A stretch of 64,000 bases of DNA from Antechinus flavipes. Lineage: Eukaryota. Position 1 is the stretch's first letter. Every line of letters begins with the position of its first letter. Shown here one piece after another: positions 39,342 through 51,430 of the stretch. The notes under the pieces were generated by a model that did no database searches, was not told the origin of the DNA, and worked only from the letters and a program-made list of their open reading frames with translations. The stretch lies in contig NC_067400.1 of NCBI RefSeq assembly GCF_016432865.1, positions 472,998,001 to 473,062,000 of the forward strand, written 5' to 3'. A program made the position numbers and the translations under genes.

Positions 39342-39477
39342 NNNNNNNNNNNNNNNNNNNNNNNNNNNNNNNNNNNNNNNNNNNNNNNNNNNNNNNNNNN
39401 NNNNNNNNNNNNNNNNNNNNNNNNNNNNNNNNNNNNNNNNNNNNNNNNNNNNNNNNNNNNNNNNNNNNNNNNNNNNN
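39342..39477. other. Assembly gap (136 N)
   Basis: N run. Confidence 0.99.
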
Positions 39478-42400
39478 TGAAACTGAACTACCTCTCACAA
39501 ATTCTAGAGATCTGTTTTTCTCTTCCAGACTGTTATTTCCAGGGTTAGCTCAAACACTCATCATTTAAGACCACAATCCCTACCACAGATCTCAGTAAAC
39601 AGGAAAGCTTTACAGCTCCTCACTGTTCCCCCACAGGTTTCCTGGGGCTAAGAAGTAAAAATTGACTGATCCCAAATGTCCAGGGAAATCCTTTTAAAGT
39701 GTGTATTCTGGAAGAAAAGGGGGTCAAGAGTGGGGTCAATAGGAAGCAGGAAGCCGGGGGGGAATTCTTTAAAAAGTGGTTTTATTTTTTTCCTCAGGTG
39801 CTTCTCGTCTTTGAAACAGGGTATGAAAAATGATAGTGTAGAAAATTTTGTCCGCACCTGGATAACAGATTCCTCTCTCTGGACTTTCTCTTTTCAGTCT
39901 CTGAATGTGTTTTGTTTTCTTCTAGTTTGCTAATGTTCCTGGAACTGAGTCTTACAGAATCTCTGATTGACCCATTCTGTGCTGAAGGGTCTATAATGGT
40001 TGACCAAGGTTTTCTTTGTCAGCAACTGGTCTTTACCTGGGAGAGTTCAGTCTTCTCTAGCCCTTTGATTGCTGGTTTCACAACATTTTTGTTCATCCAC
40101 CTGATGTAGTAGATGTATAAAATGCTGGGCTTAGAGTCAGAAAAACTTGAGTGCAATTTTAGCTTCAGACACTTACTAACTATGTGATTCTGGGTAAATT
40201 ATTTAATATTTCTCTGTAAAATGGGAATAATAATAGCACCTGCTTTACATGCTTGTTGTGAGAATCAAATAAAATAATATTTGCAAAGCGCTTTGCAAAC
40301 TTAAAGCACTATATAGATGCCACCTATTATTACTGTTGTTGTTACATTTAATTATATTTTTCTTCTATAGAATATTCCAATTTTATGTCCAAGGAAATAT
40401 GATGTGGCCCCAAAAAATGAATTTGGAGTCAAGAAAGATGACTTTTCATCCTTTTAACTCTTACTAGTTTGTGACTTCTTAAATATAAGATCCTTGAGGA
40501 ATTATTTTATGGAGGTTTGGGGAAGGTATATCCCCAGTAAAAAGTAGGATGGTTTAGGAGAAAAAGAACTGCTAGAGCAGCTAGGTGGCACAGTGAATAG
40601 AGTGCCAGCCTTGAAGTCAGGAGCACTTATCTTCAAATATGGCTTTGGATACTTAAACTTACTAGCTATGTGATTTGGGGCAAATCATTTAGCCTTTCAA
40701 TGATTTCAGTCAACTTTCTAACACTATTGAGTAGCAGAGTAGATGTCAATCTGCACTGGTAGAGAATAAATTCTAATGAAATTACAAGTTTAAGTTTTTA
40801 AAAATTTCCAGAAGAAAACATAGTGACTTGCATACAATAGGTGTGCAAATATCTGTTGAATCTAATTGAACTTGTTCCTCTTCTATGTCCCTCAGTTTCC
40901 TTCCAGTAAAAATCAAACTATTCATCAAGACACATTTATTAAGCACCTGCTTTTGTCAGTCACTGAGGAAGAAAATATTGTTAACAACATTTCTCAGACA
41001 GGATTATTATGAAGGTCAAATTTTAATACTAAACTAGTAAACAGATATTAGCTATTAAAATAATTAATTTTAGACAGAGTTTAGAAACTGAGAGAGTCTT
41101 GTAAACTTCTTGAAGGAGATTTTTTGTTTTGTTTTGATTTTGTCTTTGTATCTCAAGTGCTTTATAGACATGGTGCTTAGAAGGTGTTTAATAGATACAT
41201 GTTGATTTGATTAATTGATATCGTTATCTAATAATATTTCACCCTTTACAAATAAAGACTTGAGAGAGCAAGTGAATTACCTAAAATCAGACACAGGGTA
41301 TACAAATAACAAAATTAATTCATAGACTTCATGTTCTCTTTCTACTAGTCCCTGTTCTGCCTTTTTGTTGTATTGCAAAGATGGGTTAATATTCTATTGA
41401 GGTACTTATAAGAACACAGAAATATGTATAGAACATGAATAAAGTATTATATTGAAGAGAAAGCCATTCATTATTCCTTCTGGATTTGAGTTAGAATGTA
41501 TGCTTAATTGGGTCATAATCCGGGAATGTTTACTAGAGGAGGCAGTTTTGGGGATACTTTTGAAGAGGGCAAGTTATTAATATGATTAGCCCTACTGAAT
41601 AGCAATAGGACACCAAGAAAATTTGGCCTGCCCGGTGAATGTATGTGAAAAGAAAAATCTTTTGTTCTTCTAAGTTTTTCCATTTCTATTGAGGACACAT
41701 ACTCTGATCTGTTAAACTACAGATTTCTCTAGTAATTACTAAAATCAGTTCCCAATAACTCTTTTGTTCTCACAATAAAAATTGATTTACAATCAAGGTT
41801 CTTAATGCTTTTTTTTAATATCATATATCTCATTAACAGTCTGGTGAAGTCTACAGACCTTTTCTCAAAACAATCTTGTAAATGCAAAAAATAAAATACA
41901 TAGGATTAAAAAGGAAACCAATTATGTTGAGAAACAATGATCAAGTTTAAAAAAATAAACAATACATTCATAGTAAAGAACTCTTGCTTTAGAGGGGAGA
42001 AGTAGAGAGGTCCTATAGCCTTAGATTTTTCTTGCATATGGCTTCTTCAGCTCTCTAGAGTGATTTGTAAGTCATTGAACCTGTCTCCTTTCAACTACCC
42101 TTCTTGGTAAACAGGGACAGCAATGTGTGCTACCAGATCCCTTTGGTAAGGCATCTTAGACTCGCTGAATGAAAAGCCCTATAAAAAGACTGTGCAGCCC
42201 TAATAATAACAAATGGGATCGTGGTGGCTATTTCGGGGAATGCATGGCTTTGTGCCTTTGATGCCGCTCTTGATCTCCATTGATGTTTGCCATTCTTGCC
42301 CTGCCATTACCTTTCAGGCTTCCTATTCTGAGTCCTATTCTTGGGCTGTGGGCTGGAGAGAACGGAGCCCTCGGGACTGGAATGCTTTGCTTGAGAGGAA

Positions 42401-43112
42401 TGTAGACTGTCTGGCATGGTGGAGGTTAAATAAAGTTTGCCTTGGCAACTCCTCTTTGCTATTGGACAGGTGACAAGTCACTCGGGTACAGGGTGATGGC
42501 ATAAACCACCAGAAGGATGGAGCTATAGGTCCCCACCTAGGAGGTACTTCAGCCTAACACATAGTAGGTCCTGTCTAAATGCTTCTTCACAACCCCTCCC
42601 TCCTGGGTAGAAGGAGCCGGGTAACTCCCCTATGATCTGCACCTGAGCCAGGTTTTGCCTCAGTCTCCACTGGGGAGATTAGACTGACAGGAAGCTAACG
42701 TGGACTAGATGGACAAAGCATTTATTCCCTTCTAATTCTCAAATTCTATTATTTCCTCTTAGCTAGAAGCTACTTCATTCTTCTCTTACAAATCTAAGCT
42801 TTGAGATCTTTGTTGTCGTTCAGTAATTTTCAGTTGTGTCTGCCTCTTAGTGACCATAATTGGGGTTTTCTTGGCAAAGATGATGGAGTGCTTTGCCATT
42901 TCCTTCTCCAGCTTATTTTGCAGATGAGGAAACTGAGGCAAACAGGGTTAAGTAACTTCTGCAGGGTCACACAGCTAGTAAATGTCTGAAGCCTAATTGA
43001 AAAAGCATTTCTTAAGCACTTAACTAAAGATTAGATTTTTGCTTGGTACAGAAGTAGAACCAGTGGGTAAAAGTTATATAACAATAGATTTCATCTCACG
43101 ATACTATGGGAC

Positions 43113-43400
43113 TTTTTTTTTTTTTTAAAGACTGGATCTCCTTATTTTGCGCAAGTTGAAAGTAGCCATTTACAAACTGATCCCAGTAGTAATTTAGCTT
43201 CAGCCTGCTCCATTTTTCTGATCTGGATCTCTTTAAGCAGACTGGTGACCTCCACTCTTGAGGGCTTCTACATTGATGTCATAGTTAGGACAGAAAGGCA
43301 ATCATCATTAGCTCTACCTCAGATTAGAATTCACGAACTCCAGTGATCCACCAGACTCTCCCTGCCCAATAGCAGGGATTACAGAAGTGTACCATCAGAG
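43113..43400 (-). pseudogene. 7SL (SRP) RNA-derived retrocopy with poly(A) tail (P7SL-like), antisense in intron 8
   Basis: The reverse complement aligns by eye along 7SL: ctgtaatccctgctattggg...ggtggatcactggag (Alu domain), gacatcaatgtag...ggtcaccagtctgcttaaagag, ccagatcagaaaaatggagcagg (helix 8 region), gcaaaataaggagatccagtcttt, then A14. Confidence 0.85.
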
Positions 43401-44215
43401 GGATCCTAATCATTGAAGTTGTCCAGATGTCACTGGAAGATTTAATTGGCAGATTCAATCCACTAAGCATCTCTTACGTGCCTCCTTATGGAATTAGGAA
43501 CTAGAAAGATGAATGGTCATTTGAGTAAGTTAGGGCTATTTGTTATAGGATGCTTTAGGTAGTAGTTGGGTTTGATGATCTCTGAGGACCTTTCTAACTT
43601 TAAGAGTCTTATTTTGTTATGGTAGCAGATGGGGACAAAATAAAGAGAAGGAGTTTGAGAGGGGCAGTGAAGAAAGAATAAACAATACTTGGTGACTGGG
43701 CCGAAGGAAGAAGGGTACAAGGAAGAGGGATTTAGGTAAAATATTACAAATAACCTCCTGACTTAAAGAGTTGTAAATTCTTGTAATAGTACCAAGAAAG
43801 GAGGTTTTTCTGGAGATTGTTCAGATAATACTATGTTACTCCACTGGTTTAAATAGAATCTTGCCCAAAGGTAGAAACATAATATTAGCTGTCCTAATTC
43901 TATTTTATTTTTATTTATTTATTTTTTATTGGGCTTGAGGGCCCATATAAATAATATAAATATTATTTAATTTATATATTGTAGGCAATCAGGGGTTAAG
44001 TGACTTGCCTATGGTCACACAACTAAGTAAGTGTCTGAGGCTTGATTTTGAACTTAGGTCCTCCTGACTTCAGGATAGAGGGTTGCTCTATCCACTCCAT
44101 CAGCTTGCTATCATGTAAACTCACTTCAGAGACTTGTCTTGTTTCTACACTAGGAAAGAAAGCTGATTTCAGGCAATGAAGAATAATTGTAGCCTGGATT
44201 TCATCTCCATCTCCA

Positions 44216-44221
<6 letters not shown>

Positions 44222-44281
<60 letters not shown>
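44222..44281. repeat. (TC)30 microsatellite preceded by (CATCTC)n
   Basis: Direct reading of the sequence. Confidence 0.96.
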
Positions 44282-44283
<2 letters not shown>

Positions 44284-46014
44284 TGCTTAGGTATAATTTC
44301 TTCTCAACTATCACTTAGCTCATCTATCCAATAGTCTTTGCTCTTTCAATCAAATCAATAACTATTTATTCAGCATCAATTTGAGTATAATGCTATGCTG
44401 AGTGGCAGTAGCATATTCAATGAATATAAAATATAATTCTTGCCCCTCACAATGCCCCCCAGGAACATCTCTATTAAGAGTAACCTCACTTCCATTCCCA
44501 CCATGACCCTTCCTTGAAATAAGTAGATTGATTTATATGCTGCTCCACTGCCTGCACAGCCGTCCTCCATGATTCCAAGAATCAGGGTTCTCAGCTCAGA
44601 AAGGACCACAAACCAGAGATTTTTCATCCCATCCTGAAATGCTTTCCTCATCTTCTACAACAAAGCTCTCATTAAAATTCAGGAGGGCTTCTTTGAGGAG
44701 ATTTTTAACAAGCATTCTCAAGAAGACTTTTGAGGAAACTTAGAGTCACTTGGAGACTTTTTAAGTAAAAAAACCAAAGATGTTTGTTTGGTGGCCTTTT
44801 CCCTCTCATAAATGTCTCTGTAGCAAGCCTAAGAGTTAAAGAGTAAATTGTTCTTTGTTCTGAGTTCAAGTTTGAAGATCTATTTCCACTCAGTGTCTGC
44901 ATAACCATTTGTGTCTTAAGTGCTAGGATCATTCTAAGCCAGAGTTTTCTGATCTTTTTCAGTCTTTGTAATCCTTGGCTTTCAGTAAATCTTCCTATAC
45001 CCCATACTCAATATGAAAGGAAATAAAATTCTAGAGTTCTCGAGGCTTATGTACATTTTTCATGATGACAACTTTATTTGGTATACAACAGATTACTATC
45101 ATAAAGTTATTTAGTGTTTATCAGAATATAGTCACATAAATTACAGGTATTTCCTATTCACAAATAATTTTATTTTTAATATAGTTTTTGAAAGAAATAC
45201 CCTTATATTATATTTAGCTTCTAGTTTGCTTCCAGGTGGCATAATGGATAGTCAGGAGTAGAGGAAATATGAGTTCAAATCTAGCCTTAAAGTACTTATC
45301 TTCTGTTTGTCTATTTTCTCATCTGTAAAATGGGGAATAATAATAGCACTAAATTGTTAGAGTTGTTGTGAAGATTAAATGAGATAATGCTATAGTGCTT
45401 GGCACATGGTGGGCATGTGATATGTGTTAGCTATTTTATTATTGTTGTTGTTATTGTTTTGAATTTGATTATGAACAATGCTGAGAATCCTGATTTTACA
45501 AAGATAAGTTACAATAAATGGAATGTTTACAATAGGTATTTGTCATAATTTACCAAATATTTCCCATATCCTCTTCTAATGCTTAGGGATCTGAGTACTC
45601 TTGGATGGAAGTCCTTTACCTAAGCTGAGGACTGTTTTTAAATACATGGTCCCTGTGCTCACAGAATTTACCACTTAATTAAAAGTGATTAGACTTACCC
45701 AGGTGAAACAAGTAGACATAAAACAACATAGAACCAGGTGCAAAATATGTGATACAGACACTAACCTCCATGGAGCTCGAAGGGAGGGATTGTTGTGGAT
45801 TGAACTAGTTGACAAAAGTAGCAGTGATTTACTTTTACATTCACAAAATCCCCCAAAAGGAAAACAAATCAAAACAACAATTTGCAGAATTGAGGCAGTC
45901 ATGTGAAACATCTGCATCCTCAAATGCATATTTTTCATGGAAATACTTTTGGCCCACCTGGGTCATCCTTCTCAACTCCTCTCTCTCTCTGCCTTTCTTG
46001 CCCTCCCCTGGCAG

Positions 46015-46199
46015 GTGGCTGGAGGTTCAGGTAGCTAATCTGACATGCCCCCAGCGCTGGGTCCAGTATCTCCGGCTCCTGCAGGAGTCCATCTGGCCGG
46101 GGGGCACTCTGCCAGTGCTGCCGAAGCCATTGAGAACACAGGAGCAGAAGGAGGCTACTGAGGAGCAAGCTCTGCAGAGTCTGATGGGAGTCCTTCCAG
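46015..46199 (+). CDS. SNX19: SNX19 exon 9, 185 nt (PXC domain)
   Basis: Long pyrimidine tract then gcag|, donor CCAG|gtgagc. Encodes WLEVQVANLTCPQRWVQYLRLLQESIWPGGTLPVLPKPLRTQEQKEATEEQALQSLMGVLP. Phase matches exon 8. Confidence 0.97.
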
Positions 46200-46802
46200 G
46201 TGAGCCCGTCATCACATCATCAGCTAACCAGACAGACAATAGTGACCATTCTTCCACAGTCCTTCCTCGTGGCTTAGTTGTGAAAGCCCTACAAGTTGCT
46301 TTATCCCCAGGCTTTAATAAAACAATATGGAGTAATTAGGAACCCTAGTCAAAATAATTATGTTCAAATTCTTTCTCTGTGACTTACAACCTGTGCAAAC
46401 TTGGACAACTTAGTTTGCCTCTCTGGTCTCAGTTTCCTCCCTGAGTGAGGTGAGGTGGGGAAAGAAGAATCAGACTAGATGATGTTGTGGTCTCTCCTAG
46501 CTCTAAATCCATGATCTGGCTTAGAAATCTAGCTCTGTTATCCTTGGACAAGTAATTTAAATTATCTGAACCGGTTTCCTGATGTGTAAAATGATGGGGC
46601 CAGATTAGGTGAATTCTCAAGTTCTTTGTATAACTAAATCCTATGACCCATGGATCTACTGATTCTCCATTCCCTTAGCCAGCTGAAGAAATCAGGGCTA
46701 GGTCTCTATCTCTTTTTCATCAAAGCTTTGTTAAGAGAATGCCCTAAGTGCAGAGCATTGTTGAGAATATTCATAAATGTTTCTCTGTTGTTTCCTTGTC
46801 AG

Positions 46803-46890
46803 ACTTGGTCGTGGAAATCCTCGGAGCAAGCAAGTGCCGCCTAAGCTGGGGTTTGGTCCTTGAATCTCTGCAGCAGCCCCTCATCAACAG
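46803..46890 (+). CDS. SNX19: SNX19 exon 10, 88 nt (PXC domain)
   Basis: Acceptor tttccttgtcag| and donor CAG|gtagag. Encodes (D)LVVEILGASKCRLSWGLVLESLQQPLIN(R). Confidence 0.96.
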
Positions 46891-47546
46891 GTAGAGATAA
46901 AAATTATACCCTAAAGTCTACTCAGCCAATGGCAGGAGCTGTCCAAGAACTGAGAGGTCAAAGGATCTAGGTCAGAGATTCTCCTGATTCTAGCCCTCTA
47001 CGAGCAAGATTAGACAGACTGCAAGAAGCCAACTGGGTAGAATCCCAAGATTTTAGTCCTCAAGGCAGAGTGTTGCTATCCACTGTTCTACCATGATTTA
47101 TTTGCCCGTAGACCAGCTTTAGGCACAGACCACTGGGCAAACAAATGCTTGCTGCCTGGAGGAGTTCATCTTTTTCCTGGAGGGCTAGGTGTGTCTCATC
47201 TACTTATTCTTGTAGAAATGGGGAACTTAGAGAGAATACTGATATGGAAAGAGATGCCAATCAGGTCCTATTAATATAGTTTAGCAGTATGAATGGAGAA
47301 AAAAACTCTTATTGAGGAAGAATAGTAGGAATATATCAGCACTGAAAGGTTAAAAACTCTAAACTCTAGTTCTCTACCTCTTACTATCTGGGAAGATTAG
47401 GCAAGCTTTGGGCAAGGTTCTTAAGCCAGGGTCAACAGATTCTTTAGAAATGGATAGATTTCAGGGACTCATTTTCAGAAAACTAAAATTTAGTATTTCC
47501 TTTATTTAAATTTTTTATAGGTTTTATCTGATTACCAAAGGGTCCA

Positions 47547-47547
<1 letters not shown>

Positions 47548-47589
<42 letters not shown>
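47548..47589. repeat. (CA)21 microsatellite
   Basis: Direct reading of the sequence. Confidence 0.96.
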
Positions 47590-47590
<1 letters not shown>

Positions 47591-49120
47591 GTTAAGAACT
47601 ACTAATAAAGTAGAAAGAACATTGTGTTTAGAATCAGAAAGACCTGGATTTAAATCCCACTTCAGATGCTCATTAGCAGAGTGTCTTGGGCAAAAATCAC
47701 TTAACTCAATTGGTTTCCTCATATATAAAATGAAGGGACTGGATTCAATGACTTCCAAGATCTCTTTGAGGTCTAAATCTATAATCCTTTCAAGTTATTT
47801 TTCTTCTCTGGACCTCAGTTTCTTCATCTATAAAATGAGAAAATTAAAGTAAGTGATTATTAAGGTTCCTTCTGGTTCTAACATTCTATCTTTCCTCTGG
47901 TAGATCTAATTCTGGGAATATCATATTTTTTCCTTAAACAAGTTGAGAAAATTGGACTATGAATCGACCATCCCTTGATTTTTCTAAGATTCTAAAGTTC
48001 TGAGAAATGGAAGGTTTTCAGTGCTCCCTCAAAATATGTAGCATAAGCAGAAAAATGCTCCTAACCTTTTGGGTCATAGCTAAACTTTTCAGCCTCACAA
48101 GGTGTGTTCTCTCTAGTTCTATCAGAAATCTTTTTTTTTTTTTTGATGGATATGATATAAGAACAAAGATAGAGGGAAACTCAGTGGGCTTCCAATCCAA
48201 CTCTACCTGATGTGACATTTTAAAAAGTTTGGGAAACATAATTTCTGGAAGAGAGAAAAAGGTGGAAATCTGAATTTTCCCTGAATCACTGGTTATTAAT
48301 AATTATTTCACTCACTGAAAAGGAGATTCTGCCCACAATGGTCATCCAATTTCAGCTTGAAGGCTTTGAATGATGAGAAACTCTGTAGTCCATGAATCAG
48401 AGGACAGTTTTAATTATTGAAACTTCTTCTGCCTTACATTGAATTGAAACTTTGCCATCTACAACTGTCATCCACTGATTCTAGTTTTGTACCCTTAAGG
48501 GCATTCAGAATAAGTAAGTCTAATCTCTCTTCCATATACATGCCTTTTAGCTAGTTGTAATAATGTCCAATTTTTATAGCATTATAAGGTTTGTAGAACT
48601 ATTCATTTGAAGGATTCTGTTAAATGATAGTCTAATTATTATAATTCCCAATTTACAAACAAGGAAACTGAGGCTCCACGATTTTAATTATTTGCTGATA
48701 ATCATATAGCTAGTAAGTGTCCAAAACAGTATTCAAACTTAGACCTCCTAGCATATAAATCCAATATTATGTTATAGCCCTTTCTAAGTTTCTTCTTGAG
48801 ATAAATATCCTTGGTTCCTTCATCCAGTCAGTTTCCATACAGTATGGTTTTAAATCCCCTCACCATCCTCTGGATACATTCTTGTTTGGCAGTATTCCTC
48901 TAAAAATTGGCACCCAGAACCAAACACAATACTGTATGTGTATACTGAGCAGAGCAATATAGTACAGATTGTCAAATCCTTCTGAACCCTGTTGCTTTAT
49001 TAATGCAACTCAAGGTCACAAGTTTTGTTGTTATTGTTGTTGTTCTTGGCCATCACATTGCACTGTTGACTCACTTCTCTTATAGTCTCCTAAACCCTCT
49101 TGTTTTTCTGTTCGTTTCAG

Positions 49121-49253
49121 GCACTTAATTTATTGCCTCTGGGATATCATCCTGGACTTCCTGGATCTCAGTGCTTCTGCTGAAGAGTCTACCACGACCA
49201 CCCCTGCTCCGGACACACCAAATAATCCCAGAAGGATGGGGGTCTCCCCCTGA
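49121..49253 (+). CDS. SNX19: SNX19 terminal coding exon 11 with stop codon TGA at 49251-49253
   Basis: Acceptor ttctgttcgtttcag|. Encodes HLIYCLWDIILDFLDLSASAEESTTTTPAPDTPNNPRRMGVSP*, matching the SNX19 C-terminus. Confidence 0.96.
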
Positions 49254-51430
49254 CTGCTGAGCACTCCTCACAAATGTTCTGGCTAAGACTGGAGAAAAGA
49301 GAATAAGCTTCTAAGTGCTAATGTTCAAGATACCCCATCTCCCTGGGAACCAGGATGAGAAGCTTATGTTCTCAGCACTTATAGGGTGAGAGCAACAGTG
49401 ACCGAGAAAGTCTTGTGGCATAGTTAGTATCCTCAGCAGCCAGTTGTATTATTGGCAAAGGATCACTCAAATTTGCTGGTAGGGATGAATGCGTCACCTG
49501 CGTGTCCATCCACTTCTGTGGTTCCTCAGTCTCACAACCAGTTGGGTTGCAAATAGGGAGTAGAACCTGATTTCTCTAGAAAAATCCTGGAGACTGAAGA
49601 AGAGATAGAGACATTCATCCTCTTCCATCCCTCTTTCTGCCAATCCCTGCCATGCAAGGTTGACATCTGATTATCACTTGTCCCTTTGAAACTCTGTTGT
49701 CATAGGGGTTCTGCACAAAGCAAGGAAAACTATTGCCAGGCCCTCTTAGGGAAGAGACTAGTTTATCTGTCTCTGAAACTTTCCTTCCTCCTGAAAAGAA
49801 ATGAGATGCAGGACAATTCCATCAAGTAGCAGGAAAGTATATTCGGTTGTCCCATTTGGTTTCTTCTGTTACCTTGAGAGAGAAGAGAGGGAAGATCTTT
49901 TGATTCCCTGCTGTTGATTTCTTGGCCATGTCCTCATGCACAAGGGAGGAAACTAGATCACCTACTTGGCTAGCATCATTCTTCCTGTGCTGAACTTCTC
50001 GTGAATCACCTGAGGCCTCCTCCCACATCCTTCCTGGTAGGACCTACCCTTTGGCTTTTTATTTTTTGGTCATGTCTGCCTCCTCAAAATTTGGGAGGAT
50101 GCTCTAGTTCCATCTCCCTAAACCAGAAGCATGAGAGGAAGAACTTTTTGGGTCAGCACTTAGGGAAGAGAAAGAAAAATCTTGCACAAAGTCAAAGAAA
50201 TATAGGTCCTCCTTATCCTAAGACATTTAAGGAACTGGAACAAAGATCCTGTGGGGCTCTATCTTCACCCCAATCTAAAGACTAGTTTTCAGGCACTATT
50301 TTTCAGGCATTTAATTACACCACAAAAGCTTTTCCACTTCTCGTTCATAGACAAAGAAATAAAACTGACCTACAAGGTCAGATCTTTATCCTGTGATTAA
50401 AAAGCCCTGTAATTTGTCATAAAGAAGAGATGAGTCAAAAGAAGAAAAAAATGTAGAAGAGAAATGAGGTAAAGGGAAAAGTCACAAAAGGAAGGACAAT
50501 AGATTTAGAATTTAGAAGGGGATTTGTAGGTCATCTGTTCAAACCCTTTGATTTTATAGATGAGAAAATGGAAGTGACCTATTCAAGATCACCCACATAG
50601 AAAGAGGCAGTGGTAGGATAAGAACTAAATAAAAAATGGAAGGAAGAGTGAATGATAAAGCCAAAGCAGTGGGACAAACACTCTGCCCTCTTAATTTCCC
50701 TTGTGCCCACTGGCATCCCTGCATACATAAAATCAGTGGAAAACAACTTTCTTCTGTATAATCTATAAGATCATCAAACTTGGCTAAGTCTTGGGAGCTT
50801 AGACTGAGAAGGACATGAAAGGACATGAACGCATATCAAAGTTATTAGGTAGAGGATGTATTGCACAGGGAAGTGGGAGGCTATGGAATCTTTTCTGGGG
50901 AAAGTTTCAAACCACCCATTGGATTTTTGAGCTGTCTGGGATGGTTTTAAGATGAAATTCTGCCTGAAGTCAAGGAGGCCAGATGAGATAACTTCAGTAG
51001 TCTTCACATAATGGGCATTTAATAAAGAATGTAAGTGTATTAAGGTTCTTTCCACGTCTAAGTGTATTATGACTTCCGGACTTTCTTGGAGTCCTCTTCC
51101 CCCTTCCCAAAGCTATCTCATTGAGAGGCGGGTATGGCTGATTGCTTGGCAAATGTCTGTAGAGTTATGGGATGAGCCAGGGCATTCATCCTGTCTCCCT
51201 GAAGCTTCTCCTCCTACAACTCTTTCACCCGGAGGCTAACATTGTTACTTTGGAAAGTTGGAGATGTCCCCATCTTCTGCTTTTCCCTTTGACACATGCT
51301 CTTGGCCACCTGTCCTACCATGCTTCTCTGGGCAGCCAGCCACAGGTTGGGTGCTTGTCAAATGACTAGTTCCAGCTTACACGTGGCATAAAATCAATAA
51401 ATAACTGGACAGACCATAAATTGCCTGTGG
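49254..51430 (+). other. SNX19: Probable SNX19 3' UTR; 3' end uncertain
   Basis: Follows the stop codon. Candidate AATAAA hexamers at 50358, 51021, 51396 and 52723; the used site cannot be determined from sequence alone. Confidence 0.4.
51021..51026 (+). terminator. Candidate polyadenylation signal AATAAA (alternatives at 50358, 51396, 52723)
   Basis: Canonical hexamer downstream of the SNX19 stop, followed by GT/T-rich sequence (gtaagtgtattaaggttcttt). Confidence 0.3.

Noticed and set aside
42318-42469. Possible cryptic cassette exon in intron 8 (ctttcag| ... cag|gtgaca)
   Set aside because: Weak donor, in-frame stop, and many equally good pseudo-sites exist in a 35 kb intron; not supportable without RNA data.
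45809-46014. Upstream extension of the 176-aa ORF containing exon 9
   Set aside because: Non-ATG start, and the frame crosses the polypyrimidine tract of the real acceptor; it is intronic.
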